Assembly: GCF_009914755.1 (NCBI RefSeq)
Contig: NC_060926.1
Source of the DNA: the human T2T-CHM13v2.0 reference genome, Homo sapiens
Direction: 5' to 3' (one strand)
DNA: 64,000 nucleotides
Shown: in pieces, positions 1 through 13,599 of the stretch
Numbering within the stretch: position 1 is the stretch's first letter
How the letters are laid out: the number at the start of each line of letters is the position of its first letter
The notes under the pieces: generated by a model
What the model was told of the DNA's origin: nothing
The model's database searches: none
Seen by the model: only the letters and a program-made list of their open reading frames with translations
Made by a program: the position numbers and the translations under genes

Positions 1-250
1 CTTGTATATATTTATAAGGTACATAGAGATGTTTCAATACATATATGTATAGTGATCAGATAAGGGTAGTTAGCACAACCATTATCTCACACATTTATCA
101 CTTGTTTTGGAAACATTCAGTATTCTCCTTCTAGCTACCTGAAACAACATACAATATACTTTTGTTAACTCTAGTCATCCTACAGTGCTATAGAACACTA
201 GAACTTATTCCTCCCATCTAGCTTAATCTTATTTCCCTTAACAAATCTCT
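1..250 (-). mobile_element. L1MA-type LINE-1 3' end fragment
   Basis: Resembles the reverse complement of the L1MA 3'UTR (gtcatcctacagtgctatagaacactagaacttattcctcc). Confidence 0.75.
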
Positions 251-283
251 CTGAAGTGGCCATTTTGCATTGTGAGCTAATAT

Positions 284-350
284 TCTCTCTCTCTCTCTCT
301 GTCTCTCTCTCTCTGTCTCTCTGTGTCTCACACACACACACACACACACA
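284..350. repeat. (CT)n(CA)n compound microsatellite
   Basis: Seen directly. Confidence 0.95.
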
Positions 351-825
351 GAATTGATACACTTCTATTTTTAATATGTCTCCTGGGAGTCTCATATGTC
401 TAAATTCTGTTTCATTTTGTAAGAAATGCTGACTGAGACCCAGTAAATTGATTTCCTAACCAACAAGGAATAGCTAACAGCTGTTTGAAAAACGCAGTCC
501 TAATAAAATTTGAATGTTCCAGTGGGCTGTAAAGGGTTAAAAGGGTTAATGGACCCTAAAGGGTTAAAGTGAGGCACTGTGCCCTAATCTGGCCACATTC
601 CCATCATGGGCATTATATATCAACGGGTGATAACAGGACTGAGTTCTCTTTCCAGTCCTTAGATATAAAAGGGAGACAGCAATTAGGAAGAAAGAGAGTT
701 ATAGGAAGTGGTAGGAATTGAAGAGAAAGTAGAAAAGATCTTAACTCTACCTTATTAAAGTTTCATGATCCAATTACAAAATAGATGTTTTATTTTCTAA
801 ACTGGCATTTTGGTTTGTGATAACA

Positions 826-868
826 CCACACACACACACACACTCTCTCTCTCTCTCTCTGTCTCTCT
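826..868. repeat. (CA)n(CT)n microsatellite
   Basis: Seen directly. Confidence 0.95.
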
Positions 869-1056
869 ATTTTTGCAGCTCTCTTCAGAATTTTCTTTAG
901 GGACCCTGATAAATATACGTGATATATTTTTAAAAATTGAATAATGGAAGGATTAAGACCTGGGGCCCTAATAATCAATTAAAAGATAATCTGATCATGT
1001 CTTTGCATTTTATAGGTGCTGCTTTATATTCTAATTTCTAATATTTTTCTTTCAAG

Positions 1057-1187
1057 GAAGCTTACAGGTTCGCTATCACCTAAACAAGGAAGAAACCCAT
1101 GTATTCACCATTGATGCAGATAACTTTGCTAACAGAAGGATGCACCACTTGAAGATTAACCGAGAGGGAAGAGAGCTTACCATTCAG
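1057..1187 (+). CDS. CNTNAP5: CNTNAP5 coding exon (probably exon 20 of 24), laminin-G domain 4
   Basis: ttttctttcaag| acceptor, CAG|gtacct donor. 131 nt, translates (G)SLQVRYHLNKEETHVFTIDADNFANRRMHHLKINREGRELTIQ, LamG-like and in frame with the next exon. Exon number is from recall. Confidence 0.93.
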
Positions 1188-1414
1188 GTACCTTCCTTAC
1201 TTTCTCCTGCTTCAGCCAATGTGCCTTGGCTACTCTATCAAACTTTTCTAAGCTTCTACCCCATGCCAGTGTAGTGCCTAGTGCTGGAAACATAGTTACA
1301 AATCACACTTGCCCCCAGACTTGGAAGAACTAGGATAGTGGTTCTCAAGATGTGCTTCCCATGTCCCACCAGTATCAGCATCACTTGGGACCCTGTTAGA
1401 AATGCAGATTCTTG

Positions 1415-2118
<704 letters not shown>

Positions 2119-2879
2119 TCAGGTTTGCCAACCGCTGGGCTGCATTAAAGTGAGGAAGACGCATGGGCAAAGAGGAAATCATAATAGGCTGTGGGAAGGC
2201 ATGTGGTGGAAGCAGGCACAGGTGATACTGAAGAGGGTGCTGATCCCACCTGGGCATCAGTACTTACTTCCTGGAAGAAGTTAGGAGTAAGCTGAGTCTT
2301 GAAGATGAGTAGGAGTTGGCCACAGGGAGGAGGAGAGTGCTCAGGAAGAGGGTCCATGTGAGCGCAGGCTAAAGCTGTCTGAAAGCATGTTGTGTGGGAG
2401 GCACCCCATGAGATCTCAGTGGGCTCCATATAAAGGGCCAGCAGCAGATGATGGCAGAGCCCAACAGAGAATAGACAGAGTCCAGATCATCCCCTTTAAA
2501 ATCATGACCCTCAGCAAGCCCTTGCATCTGCCTATCAATCACTCCATGTTTTTTAATCTGTTCTCCTGTTCTCCTGGTTGACCATTTTACACTCTCTCCT
2601 CTTTACTTATACTGCTAACAATTGCCAGTTTGTCTTAACTCTGAGCAGATGACTTTGCTTTCTTATTTCTTGTAAGAATTTACACTCTTACATTCAGAAG
2701 AGAATATCCGCACATTCTCAAGAGCACATTACCTACCTACCACATGTGTGTTTGCACTCTCTCTCCCTCCTGAATAGTTCATGGTTCTAGCTAAGGCCTG
2801 ACCTTGCTACCTGTGGGTCAGATCTGATACCCTACTGAAGAAAATCACTCTAGCATTCTCCTTCCTCCCTCCCTTTCAT

Positions 2880-4445
2880 CATTTATTCCAGCTCTACTGA
2901 ATGGCTCCCCAAAGCCTAAAACAAATAATTATTACATGCATTAAGAACTAATATACAGACAACAATAGCTAAACAAGCAAACAAGCCAGCATATCTCTGG
3001 GTAAAGAGAGGAAACCTTTCTCTTATCTGACTTCTTACAGTGTTCCATTCTCTTTGTCCTTTTCTTGCCCGAATTTTTGGAAATGTTGTTTATATGCTTG
3101 TTCTTCATATTTTCCCTACCTTTTTCTTATACCCATACCGAAAAGGTATTGCCTCTGCACTGCAGCAAAATTGTACTTCTCAAGGCATCATTGTGCTTAC
3201 CTGGCAAAATCCAGTGGTCATGTCTCAGTGTTATCTTTCCTTGTCCTCTCATTGACAACTGACATAGGGATTCCTTCCTGTTCTTGCAACTTGACCTAAG
3301 TCTTTATTGCTTGCCCAATACAACTCTCGCCTGTTGATCCTTCTGCCTGTGTTAGTTGCTCACTCTTGTCTCTTTTGTTGGTTTCCCATCATCTCTCAAA
3401 ACTCTACCCCAAGGAACTCTCAGAACGCCCAAGGACTCCAGCTTCTGCTTTTGATCTACACTCACTCCATACTCATCTCATTCGATCTCACATCTTTAAA
3501 TTTCATGTACATGCTGATGAATCAATCCTGAATGTGTATCTAACACTAATCCTGTCCCTGGATTCCAGACCTTATACCAACTACCTACTGGGCATATCTA
3601 TATGAATATCCGTTAGGCATTGGAATATTTAAGTAAATAGTTAAAATTGACTTATTAGGAAGTTCTCCTGAAACAATGACCTCATCCCCTGCAAGCATGT
3701 CCCAGTTAGTGGCAGCTTCATTTTTCAAGTCCATAGTTTCAAAATTGTGGTATTCTCCTTTTATCTCTCCTTCTCTTACATGCAGCATCTCGTGGATCAA
3801 CAGCATCTACCTTTCCCCAAGCCACCCTTGCCCTTTGCTTGGATTATCACTGTTTACAGTTGCCTTTTGATTGACATCTCCCTGCTCCTCTTTAGGTTCC
3901 CTGGCTGTCTATCCTCAACATAGCAGTCAGAGTGATCCTGGTGAAGGAATAGATCCTGGCATTCTTTTGTCCAAACCCTGTCAATGATTTCCTTTCTCGT
4001 ACAGAGAAAAAGTCAAAGGTCTTCCAGTGGCTTATAAGGATCTCCATTATCTGACACCCCTGCTCATTTCTGGTTGCTTCTCTAACCTCATCTGATTATA
4101 TGCCCTCTGGAACTCTAGTTGTGCCACTCTGGCCTCTTTGCTATTTGCAGAGCCCTTGGACTCACTGCTTTGCCTAGGATGCTATTCTTTATATATACTC
4201 ATGTCCAGTTCTTGTACTTCCTTCTGCACTCAAATGATTCAAAAGGTCATTCTCATTGAGGCCATCTCTGATCAGCTTATTTAATAGAGCAACCTATTTC
4301 CTTGACGTCAACCCTACACCCCCCCTTATTCTTGCCTGCATTATTTTTTTCTCTCAGCACTTAACTTCCAATACAATGTATTTACTTATCAAATTTTCTG
4401 TCCTGTCTCCCTCCTCTAGAATGTAAGTTGCCTGAGAACAGAGGA
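2880..4445 (+). mobile_element. L2 LINE remnant
   Basis: L2-like text throughout, ending with the 3' motif ctagaatgtaagttgcctgagaacagg. Boundaries approximate. Confidence 0.7.
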
Positions 4446-5425
4446 GGGTCGTTCTGAGCAGACGTGCCAAAGGAAAATCATGGCAGGGGAGATGGGAGGA
4501 CTATGTATGAGTCCCTGGTGGATTGCACTCAAGCTGTGCAAAGTCAGGCACATGGCTAATGGGATCTTAGTCTCCTCTTCTTACAGGTGAACTGTAAAAT
4601 AATGAGGACTCTTTCTGGGAATAGCACCATATGCATAGTCAGAGTAGAGCCTGGAAGAAACCAGTAGGATATGGCTAGCCTGAAAAAGTGAGAATGAATG
4701 GGGAGGGCTCCCTAGGAATGGGAAGGGGACTGAACAAATGGAGCTGGAATTAGCCATGGGTGAAGTAAGGAGGGATCTCTAAAGGATGGTCATAGAAATA
4801 AAGTCCTACTGAAGTCCCAGTGTTGGCTTTTGCTCACCCCTGCAAGATGGGATTATCAATCGTCCATGTTGGTTGCAGCTAACTGTTCAGCTGCCCTCTC
4901 CTCCCCAGGACCACATGTTTTGTCAGACTGCAATCCTTGCCCAGGAAAAGCTCTCTGCCCACAACTAAATGAGACCAGGTCAGAATTATGGGACAATGGG
5001 GACAGTGGTGGCCCTAAGGACAAACAGAGAGAAAGGGGGAGAAATGGAAAATGAGTTCCTGCTTCCTATTAATGTTAATCTTGCACAGCAAGTTCCTGAG
5101 CAGGTTTCATTTGTTTGCTTGTTTGCAGCAAAGAATTTGGTGAGAAAATCTCTGTGGGGAGATAAATACCTATAAAACGCTGTATACAGTTTCCCAGGGA
5201 GAAGACTTGTGTGAAAACCCTTATTTCACAAAGAAGAAAGAAAGGGGTATTTTATGTGCGTTGTGGGCAAATTAGCGAGACCTGTCTAATCTCTCCTGAG
5301 AGAAAATCTCAGAGGGGGGTCTGCTATCTGTATGCATTTTTTCAAGCTATTTCCAGATGGGATCGTTTTATGCTTCTTACCTGCAGACCTCTGCTGATGT
5401 GCCTTTGTTTTCTGTTTTCCTGCAG

Positions 5426-5513
5426 ATGGACCAGCAACTTCGACTCAGTTATAACTTCTCTCCGGAAGTAGAGTTCAGGGTTATAAGGTCACTCACCTTG
5501 GGCAAAGTCACAG
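5426..5513 (+). CDS. CNTNAP5: CNTNAP5 coding exon (probably exon 21)
   Basis: ttttcctgcag| acceptor, CAG|gtatgt donor. 88 nt, [29 protein letters not shown](E), phase 0 to 1. Confidence 0.93.
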
Positions 5514-5819
5514 GTATGTTGTTCTAGTTCATACCTTTCCAGTGGGCTTTATTAAAATAAATGAATGCATAATTTTCATTAGGGTGTTTAAGGATTCAGG
5601 TCTGGAGCCTTTTGCTCCCATAATATCTGAGATCTGAAACCAAGATTTCTTATTCAGAAAATGCCAAGATGTATCTGTGGCAGAAATAGGCAATGCATTT
5701 CTATCTACTTTATAAAAACTTGCAAGAGGTAAAATACTAAAATAATTTAGCAGAATACTTAAATTTTTACTTAATTTTCAAATATATTTTTAAGTTTTAC
5801 TTAATTTTAACTTAAATGT

Positions 5820-6370
5820 ATGAGTGCATACATTAAGGATTTGAGCAACTCAATAGTTCATCAAAAATTTTAAAGGCATTGTAATTTCCTATTATAATAG
5901 TGAATCTTTTTTTTTTTCTATTGGAAGTTCTGTCAATTTTCACTTTATATATGATGACAGTATTCATTACATGCATACAAGATAGAAATTTTTTATCTAC
6001 TTGATGAAGTGAACATTTTATCACACTTAAGTGACCTTTTTAAACTTTAGTAATGTCTTTTTATGCTTAAATTTATTTTGCCTATTATTAATATGCCTAT
6101 TACAACTTTGCTTAACTTAGTGTTTGCCTGGCCTCTTTTCTCATTCTTTTTCTTTCAATTTTTCCTTTTCTTTCAGCTTTGTAGGTGATCTTGTGAAGAA
6201 CATACTGCTAGATTTTATTTTTTATACTCAACTGTCCATCCATTTTTTTTATAATGGCAAATGTAGGTCCTTCTACATTGTGGGGCTACTTGTAAAGTTG
6301 GATTTTGTTTCTGCTACCCGATTTCCTATGTATCCAGCTCTTCCTGTGATTCTATCATATTCTTTCTGAC
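5820..6370 (-). mobile_element. Old L1M fragment
   Basis: T-rich, degenerate antisense L1 ORF2-like text; similar fragments continue at ~7050-8130. Confidence 0.55.
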
Positions 6371-7022
6371 TCTCTCTCTATCACAGTACAATGCAGAAAA
6401 CATTAATAACTCAATGCATGGTAAGCAGAAATACATTTAACACGTAAGTTAGTTGCTTACAAGATTGTTGTAGTACTTACAGTGTGGGTTCTTTTTGGGG
6501 TCTTTTGGAATGACTTCCTCGTGCCCCATACTGTATGCAAATTCACAGGTAGAAGGAGGAGGTATCTGAAAAATGGCTGTGGAAAAAGCATCACGGGCCC
6601 CTGCTTTTGCTTGCCAGTAGAAAGAGCTGAAAAGGCATAAAAATGATTCTTGCTACAGCCCTCAAGCTTCATAAAGGGTTTATAATTTCCAGATGTAATG
6701 TTGATCCAGAAACCTAGCTGAAGTAGGGTCAAAAAAATGTCCATTTTAGTTCCCCAAATAGCAGTTGGAAGAACCAATCAACACTGATCCCTGATTGAGT
6801 TTATTTCTGATTCCATTCACAGTCCTAATAATAATCATTTTTATATTTTTCAGATACTGCTTATTTTTGATTTATTAATATAGACACTAGTTTATACATT
6901 CCTCATTTCTTCCTGTATCTCAGACTTTTCTATCTTCTGCCAGGCTTTATTTCCTTCTTTTTAACTAAATTCTTTTGAATTATTTTCTGTTTAAGGTTCC
7001 CTTCATTATACATACATATACA

Positions 7023-7025
7023 TAT

Positions 7026-7060
<35 letters not shown>

Positions 7061-7062
7061 TT
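7023..7062. repeat. (TTTA)n tetranucleotide repeat
   Basis: Seen directly. Confidence 0.95.
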
Positions 7063-7167
7063 TTCCTGAACAAAAGTTTTATTTTACCTTTAATCTTGGA
7101 AGATAATTTTGCTAGATCTTCAATGCAATATTGAAGAATATTTTCTCTCAGGTACTGAGAAATCAGT

Positions 7168-7382
7168 CAGAGGTGTAACGGAGCCAGTGGCACTGGCCTT
7201 TAAGAACCAGGTATACATGTCTCTCCCCAACTCTGCATCCTTCAGTGGTGGCAGGATGCCAGCTTGAAATCAGCTGTAGTAGGAGGGTTTACACTGTGGA
7301 TATCAGAAATGCTAAAAGCCAGGACTTTCCCTACCTCTTCCTACTGAAGAGCCAGTTTCAAAGACTCACTGGCACATCAGTG
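7168..7382. mobile_element. MER63A-like hAT MITE
   Basis: tctctccccaactctgc...agcttgaaatcagc...tttacactgtgga...gagagccagttt...gcacatcagtg resembles MER63A. Confidence 0.6.
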
Positions 7383-8141
7383 TCCTCTTGTTTTCTGGCT
7401 TCCCCGGTTGCTACCAAGAAGTCCGCTGTCCATCTGTCCTGCTATTGAAGGTGCTCTGACCACCTCCATACCTACTACTTACAAGTTGATTTAAAGTCAT
7501 CCTTTTTTCTTTGATGTTTTGCAGTTTTGTCATCACGTATCTGCTTGTAGATTTCTTTTTAAAATATCTTACTTGATATTTTTATGTTTCCTGTTCGCTA
7601 TGTCATATGTATCTATGTATCCAGTTCCTATTTATTATTCATATGTATCTGTTCATCAGTTCTTAAAAATTCTCAACATATCAAATCTTGCTTCCTCCTA
7701 TTCTATCTACTCAATTCTTCTAGATCTAAATTATATGAACTTAGACTTGCTAATTCTATCATCATATTTCTTACCCTCTTTTTATAGCTTTCATTCTTTG
7801 ATATAACATCTTGCATTCTGGGCAATTCATTTGGCTTTAGCATCACATTCACTAGTCCTCTCCTTATTTAGGCCTAATCCCATTCAATGAATCATTTCTT
7901 ATTGATTTCATCTTTCATTTCTAAAAATAATATTTTGTTCTTTTTGAAGCATGGCTATTAATAAAGATAATTTGTTGTCTCTGTTCTTTTGTTTGTTTCC
8001 ATCTTTTTATGTATTTAGGCATTTCATTAATAGTTATTAAACATTTTGTCTCTGATAATTCCAACATCTGAAGTCTGTGAGGGTCCCAGTCTGTTACTAG
8101 CTGTTTTCTAAATTTTTCCTGTGGTAACTTGTTTCCTTATG

Positions 8142-8142
<1 letters not shown>

Positions 8143-8176
<34 letters not shown>
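8143..8176. repeat. (TG)17 microsatellite
   Basis: Seen directly. Confidence 0.97.
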
Positions 8177-8180
<4 letters not shown>

Positions 8181-8755
8181 CATGTGCGTTTGTTCATATT
8201 GATTACAATTAATTTGTGACAACTCTAAGGATCAAAAATTAAGACACTCTCCTCAAAATAAGATTTTTTTTTTTTTAACTTCTGCCAGGTGCCAGGAGGT
8301 ACTACCAATTTAGGACAATTTTAATTTCTCACTTTTTTTTTCTGAACAGAGAAGAAATATAAATTTGAGCTCCATACCTGAATGAGATCAGTCTTCTGGT
8401 TGAAGTCTTAGCGGAAATGTTGTTACTATTAATATCATTAACCAAATTAAAACACCCTTAGAAAGAGGGAAAATGTGGGCTTACGGACCACAAAGCCCAG
8501 ACCTTTTTCATGGCCCCTGCTCTGTGTAATGGAAGTTCCAATAATACCCTCTTGTTAAAAATGAAAAAAAAAATCCTCATTAAATCTTACCACTGTGTAT
8601 AGCATTCATATGACCCTTCACACTTTTAGCTAAGCCAACAATAAGGCTGGTGAATTGAAACTTTACAGCAAGGTACTACAGACAACTTGTTATTTTATTT
8701 CTGGTGCTTTGTAATTATCAGGTAGAAAAGAACTGTTAAGATTGAGGAGGAATAC

Positions 8756-9172
8756 TGTATTAGTCCATTTTGGCATTGCCATAAATACTTGAGACTGGGT
8801 AATTTATAAAGAAAAAATGTTTAATTGACTTATGGTTCTACAAGCTGTATAAGAAGGATGATGCTGTCATCTGCTCAGCTTCTGGAAAGCCTCAAGAATC
8901 TTAAAGTAATGGCAGGAGACAAAGGAGGAGCAGGCATGTCACATGGTCAGAGCAGGAAGAAGAGCGAGGAGGAAGGTGCCACACAATTTTAAACAATTAT
9001 ATCTCACCAACTTACTCACCATTGCAAGGACATCAACAAGAGGATGGTAGTAAACCATTCAGGAGAAATCCTCCCTCATGAGCCAATCACCACCCACCAG
9101 GTCCTACCTCCAACATTAGGGATTACAATTCAACATGAGATTTGAGTGAGGACACAGATACAAACCATATCA
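8756..9172 (-). mobile_element. MSTA-type MaLR solo LTR
   Basis: tgtattagtccatt...aaaccatatca termini; 5-bp TSD AATAC at 8751-8755 and 9173-9177. Confidence 0.9.
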
Positions 9173-11599
9173 AATACCCAATAAAATGTCTTCATTGTTC
9201 TAAGAATGGGAGACATCTGCTCACTGGGCTGCCTTCCCATTTGAACTGCCGTTGAACAGATGGAAGGATTTTGACCAACACTTAACCTTAACACTCTGGT
9301 CTATGAAAGTTCCCTAGCAGAAGGTAAAGGGAGACAATATGAACATTCAGGCTTATTATTTAGAAAGGACGCTAATCCTGGGGGACCTTTGGAACAAGGA
9401 AACCAAACCCTATGTATCAGAAATAGAGTAAAGTAGGGATGGAGAAAACAGGAAGAGATGGTATTAAAATGGCTACATGGAATTAATGATAAATGCAACT
9501 GAACTTCACAATTTTAGAAAAGATTGCTTTGTAGGACATTTCCAACTGTAAATCAAACACTAGAAAGCATTTTTCATGGTAGATATGAAAAGAAAACATA
9601 CGTAGTAAATCTAGTGTCTCAGTTTTCTTCAGTACCATCAATAGCATTTCATTGCAAAGCAAAAGCAAGTTTGTTCATTTTCTTTTTGTCTGAGAAAGGA
9701 AAAATTCCTTACTAAAGAGGACTGTGGTTTAGTACATACTCTATACCAGCCACGGTGCTACAGATACTGTTATAAATAAAGCAGTTTTTTGTTTGTTTGT
9801 TTGTTTGTTTCCTGAAGGTCCCCATGATGTAGATACTGGCCCATGAAAAATAGCAGATTTAATTGTGTACATTAAAACTTCACTGTTGGTTCTCTAAGAA
9901 TGTTGATGCTCAAATCCATCAAGTTACGGGATATTGCAAGGTTTATTCTTTGGTTTACTGACATTTCTTAACTTTCAAGAGAGATTACTTGGTTCTGGCC
10001 TATTGCATCAGTGAATTTAAGAAAAATAACATTAAAAGAGAGAGAGAGCACATATTTAGGGAAGTAATCCATTTGGAAGAGATAATGTTTCTGGAAACTT
10101 GCTTATTTCATTTGAAAGTATAGATGTGTATGCCTCAGATTCAAACATAGTGTGCTTTATCACTGTTATTTCTAAGTCTCTGTTTAACTTGGCCCTGTCA
10201 CAAGAGCGTAGACAGCCAGGCAGACATAGGAATTGAAAAAACTTGAAACTTCTGAAAGAAACTCTGCCTTTTTTGTTTTTAATTTATTTTTTTTCTGGTC
10301 CTGTTGTCCCCTTCTTTACTCTTCTAAAATATATCAAGAAAATTTGATTTCAAAACAAAAACTACTATTGTTTGGTGAAATTAAGAATTAAGTTATTATT
10401 ATTATCTCTTCTTAAAGAGGACTTCTTGCCAATCTGCAGAATTAAGAAGTAGCTACTTTTTAAACATATGGAAACAGGTTAAAGTTTAGGTGGAAAAGAA
10501 TTATAGTACTGCCTTTAAACTATTGCTACCAAATTCTGAAGAGACATTAAAATGGAATTTGCACTCATGGCATGCTGATAGCATTATTTTTTTATGCAGC
10601 CAACGTTTGTTAATCTCCTACTTGCCAGTTTGATAGGCCTAAGCTCACACCTGACAGAGGCATTATTCTTCTGCTCCAATGGCTGTTTGCCCATCTAGAT
10701 TTCAATATTTACTTGCCTCAAAAAAAATACAGAAATTGAAAGAATTTCTTCTCAAGATGCATAAAATTTACAGCTAATCTGTAAATTGCAGAGCTATCTG
10801 TGAGCACTTACACATGATTTTGACATGTTAAAATGAGTTCTGATTGCATCTATAGAACAGGGTTCTTTAATTCTCCCCAATCCCTCAGGTTTAAACTTTG
10901 AGCCTACTGTGTCTTGTCCAACATTACAGTATCATTGAATGAAAACCCTGAATGCTTTCACATAAAATCACTTTACAAGCATCTTGCAGAGGTTGAATTA
11001 TGGCTGCCATTTATAGAAAGCACAGAAGAATTTATGCATATAAATAAAAGGTGTGTACTTCAAAATTCTCACTTTGGAAGACTGAACTCTAATTCCTTTT
11101 TGATTTTGGACACAGAGCCTTCTTATGATTCAAATCTGGGAGTCAATGCTAAACCAGGAAGCAAAATTCTACAGTGGAAGATGCTCAGCTTTTTGGAGAC
11201 AAATTGACCCATGTTTGCATCTCTCATGTAGTTAACCATTGTGTGACCTTGGTGAATTTATCTAACCTGTTTATGGTTCCTTATTGGTAAAATGAGGATA
11301 GTAATACTTAATTCATTTAATTAATTCACAGAGCTGTGTAAGTATTTCTTGAAGCTTTATATGCAAATTACTTGGTATTTAGCATATACTCAAGAAATGT
11401 TGGCTTATTTTTTTCTTTACTTTCAAGGTTGTAGAAACGTAAAAGAGAACCATGAGGGTTTTTTTTTTTTTTTTTCTGTTTTCTTTTTTGTTAATGTGTC
11501 TGTCAAGGTGACTGTAAGTGTAACTTCCAGGGAGGTGCTCAACTGTGCTCCAAAAGAGCAATTCTGAACCATGGTGAGTCATACAGAATCTAGTGTGAC

Positions 11600-12150
11600 T
11601 CATTATCAATTAGCACTGTTTCAAGGGTGTATCAAACTCATACCAGCTTCAACAATAACAACAAAAGAGAAAACAATAGTTGGTGAAAATAGAAGTTTCA
11701 AGGTGTAAGATCTGCTTCAGGTACAGCTGGCTTCAGAATCTCAAATATTATGATTCGGGTTTTTCCAGTCTGTCTGTTTCTCACTCCACATTTGACTGCT
11801 TACCGCTTGGAGGTGCTTCATTTGCAGGCAAGATTTCAGTGGTAATGAAGGTGAAATCATCAACTCCAGGTTTAAGTAGCAGCAGTTCAACATTCCATGT
11901 GGAAAGAAAACCTCCCACTTTTAAAGTTCCAGAAAACTTTCCTTATGTTAAGTCATGGGATTGAGTTTTCAAGGACCAATCCCAGACCATGGCAGTGTTC
12001 AGGTGATTGGGATCTACTGCATGGCCATGGCCAAATTATTCACCCAGCTATGGCTGTGAAGAGAGTGGAGATAGTTCAGCGTTAATTGCATGGGTTGAAA
12101 ACAGGGAAAGGCTACTTCTCAGAAGCAAGTTGAGCTGTTCTTACCAGAGA
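11600..12150 (-). mobile_element. Old MLT1 (MaLR) LTR
   Basis: ctgcttcaggtacagctgg...cagaatctcaaa and ggaccaatc...attgg segments typical of MLT1J/K-like LTRs. Boundaries approximate. Confidence 0.5.
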
Positions 12151-13599
12151 AAGAGAAAAATCAACAATGATCTAGTAATGCCACCTCTTCTTCTCTTTTG
12201 CATTTTGCTCTCCCTTTTTTAAGAGGAGAGAAGAGGGTGCAGTTATAGCCATGGGCTAGGAATTGTGGCTCATTTGGGGAAAGGATTGTGCCGGTGTGCA
12301 TCAACAGTTCAAATATGTTGCGGTATGAAAAATAATAGTTGAGCTATGCTCTTTTAATAAATAAATGCATGTAATCTTCTTTAGAACAAGTTTATAGCTT
12401 CCAAAGTGACTCCTCTAAAAGATTATTTCATTTTAAATGCATAGGCTTCTCAAATTATATTTCATTTTGTTTATGGTCATACATAGTTCTTTAGTAAATA
12501 CTAAATCTCCAAACCACAGCCTTTTTCAGACTCAAATCCTCACATTGTGTGTAATTGCTTTATATTTTGTCCAGATAATTTTTAATGATACTGTCTGTTT
12601 GGGTAATAAAGTATTTTAGATTCGTTAATCTAATTTGACCTTCCGCATCATGAAATAAATGGTGTGTTTTAGAGCATCCTGAAATATCAGATGTCAGTAA
12701 TCATCCTAACTTCCCAAACACGCATGTCTTATATTTTCTACTTTGTAGATAACCAGCACTGAATTGCAACTGGGTTAGATGGGATTTTTGTTATTTTTTT
12801 CCTTTAACAATAACAAGTTACATTTTTTCCCCACAGAGAAATTCAGTAGATGATTTAGTTTCTCCTCATGCAACAGGAATGTGTGTTATCTTCTGATTTA
12901 AGATGCAATTTTATTTCTGTGTGTTAAATGAATCACCTCATGATAGCAGTGCCAGCGTGCTCCATGCTCTGCACTGCTCTGTAGAAGTTGTCTGTTTTTT
13001 CTAAGAGTGAAACCACTCTATGAATAGCATGCCCTTGAGTTACTCATTTTATATCGTCACTTGCCTGCTCTGTCTATACTAGTGACTAAAAAAATGAATG
13101 AAGTAAAAATATCAATGATATGTTGTTTCCAAATGCAGACTGTCTTCAGCTGGGAGGAGCTGTTAGTAATCTCCTTCTAAGAGGGGTGGCCTTCACGGAT
13201 TTGCCAGACATTACACATCTTTGCCTGACTGTGATAGTGAAGGATGTTTTGTGTGGTGGCCCAGAAGTCACATGACATGACTCTCATTGATATAAACTTC
13301 AAATTCGTTCTCAAGCAAAAACTATTGAGCATTACTATGGCCACACAATGTGTGAAACAAACAAATATAACAGCAAAAAAACTGTCCTTGTTCTAAAGAT
13401 CTTGCTTATCTTAAAAATTAATTCTTTCAAAGGAAAGTTATTTGGGTGGGATCTGTTGGTAGTATTAAAGTTTTTCAAGGTTTTGAAGTATCCCGTGTAG
13501 GCTATGCTAAATATTAGATTTTCTTCACTGTTACAAAATAATAGTACTAAAAATGGTATAATATTTATAGCATGCTAATACCAATAGTATCATAAAACT

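Noticed and set aside
1061-1067. Internal cttacag as the true acceptor of the first exon
   Set aside because: It would remove 11 nt, including the GSLQ codons expected in the Caspr LamG sequence; the AAG at 1054-1056 preserves them.
5551-5561. ATTAAAATAAA just after the 88-nt exon as an intronic poly(A) signal
   Set aside because: It sits right next to a strong donor (CAG|GTATGT) that would suppress it, and such hexamers are frequent in AT-rich DNA.
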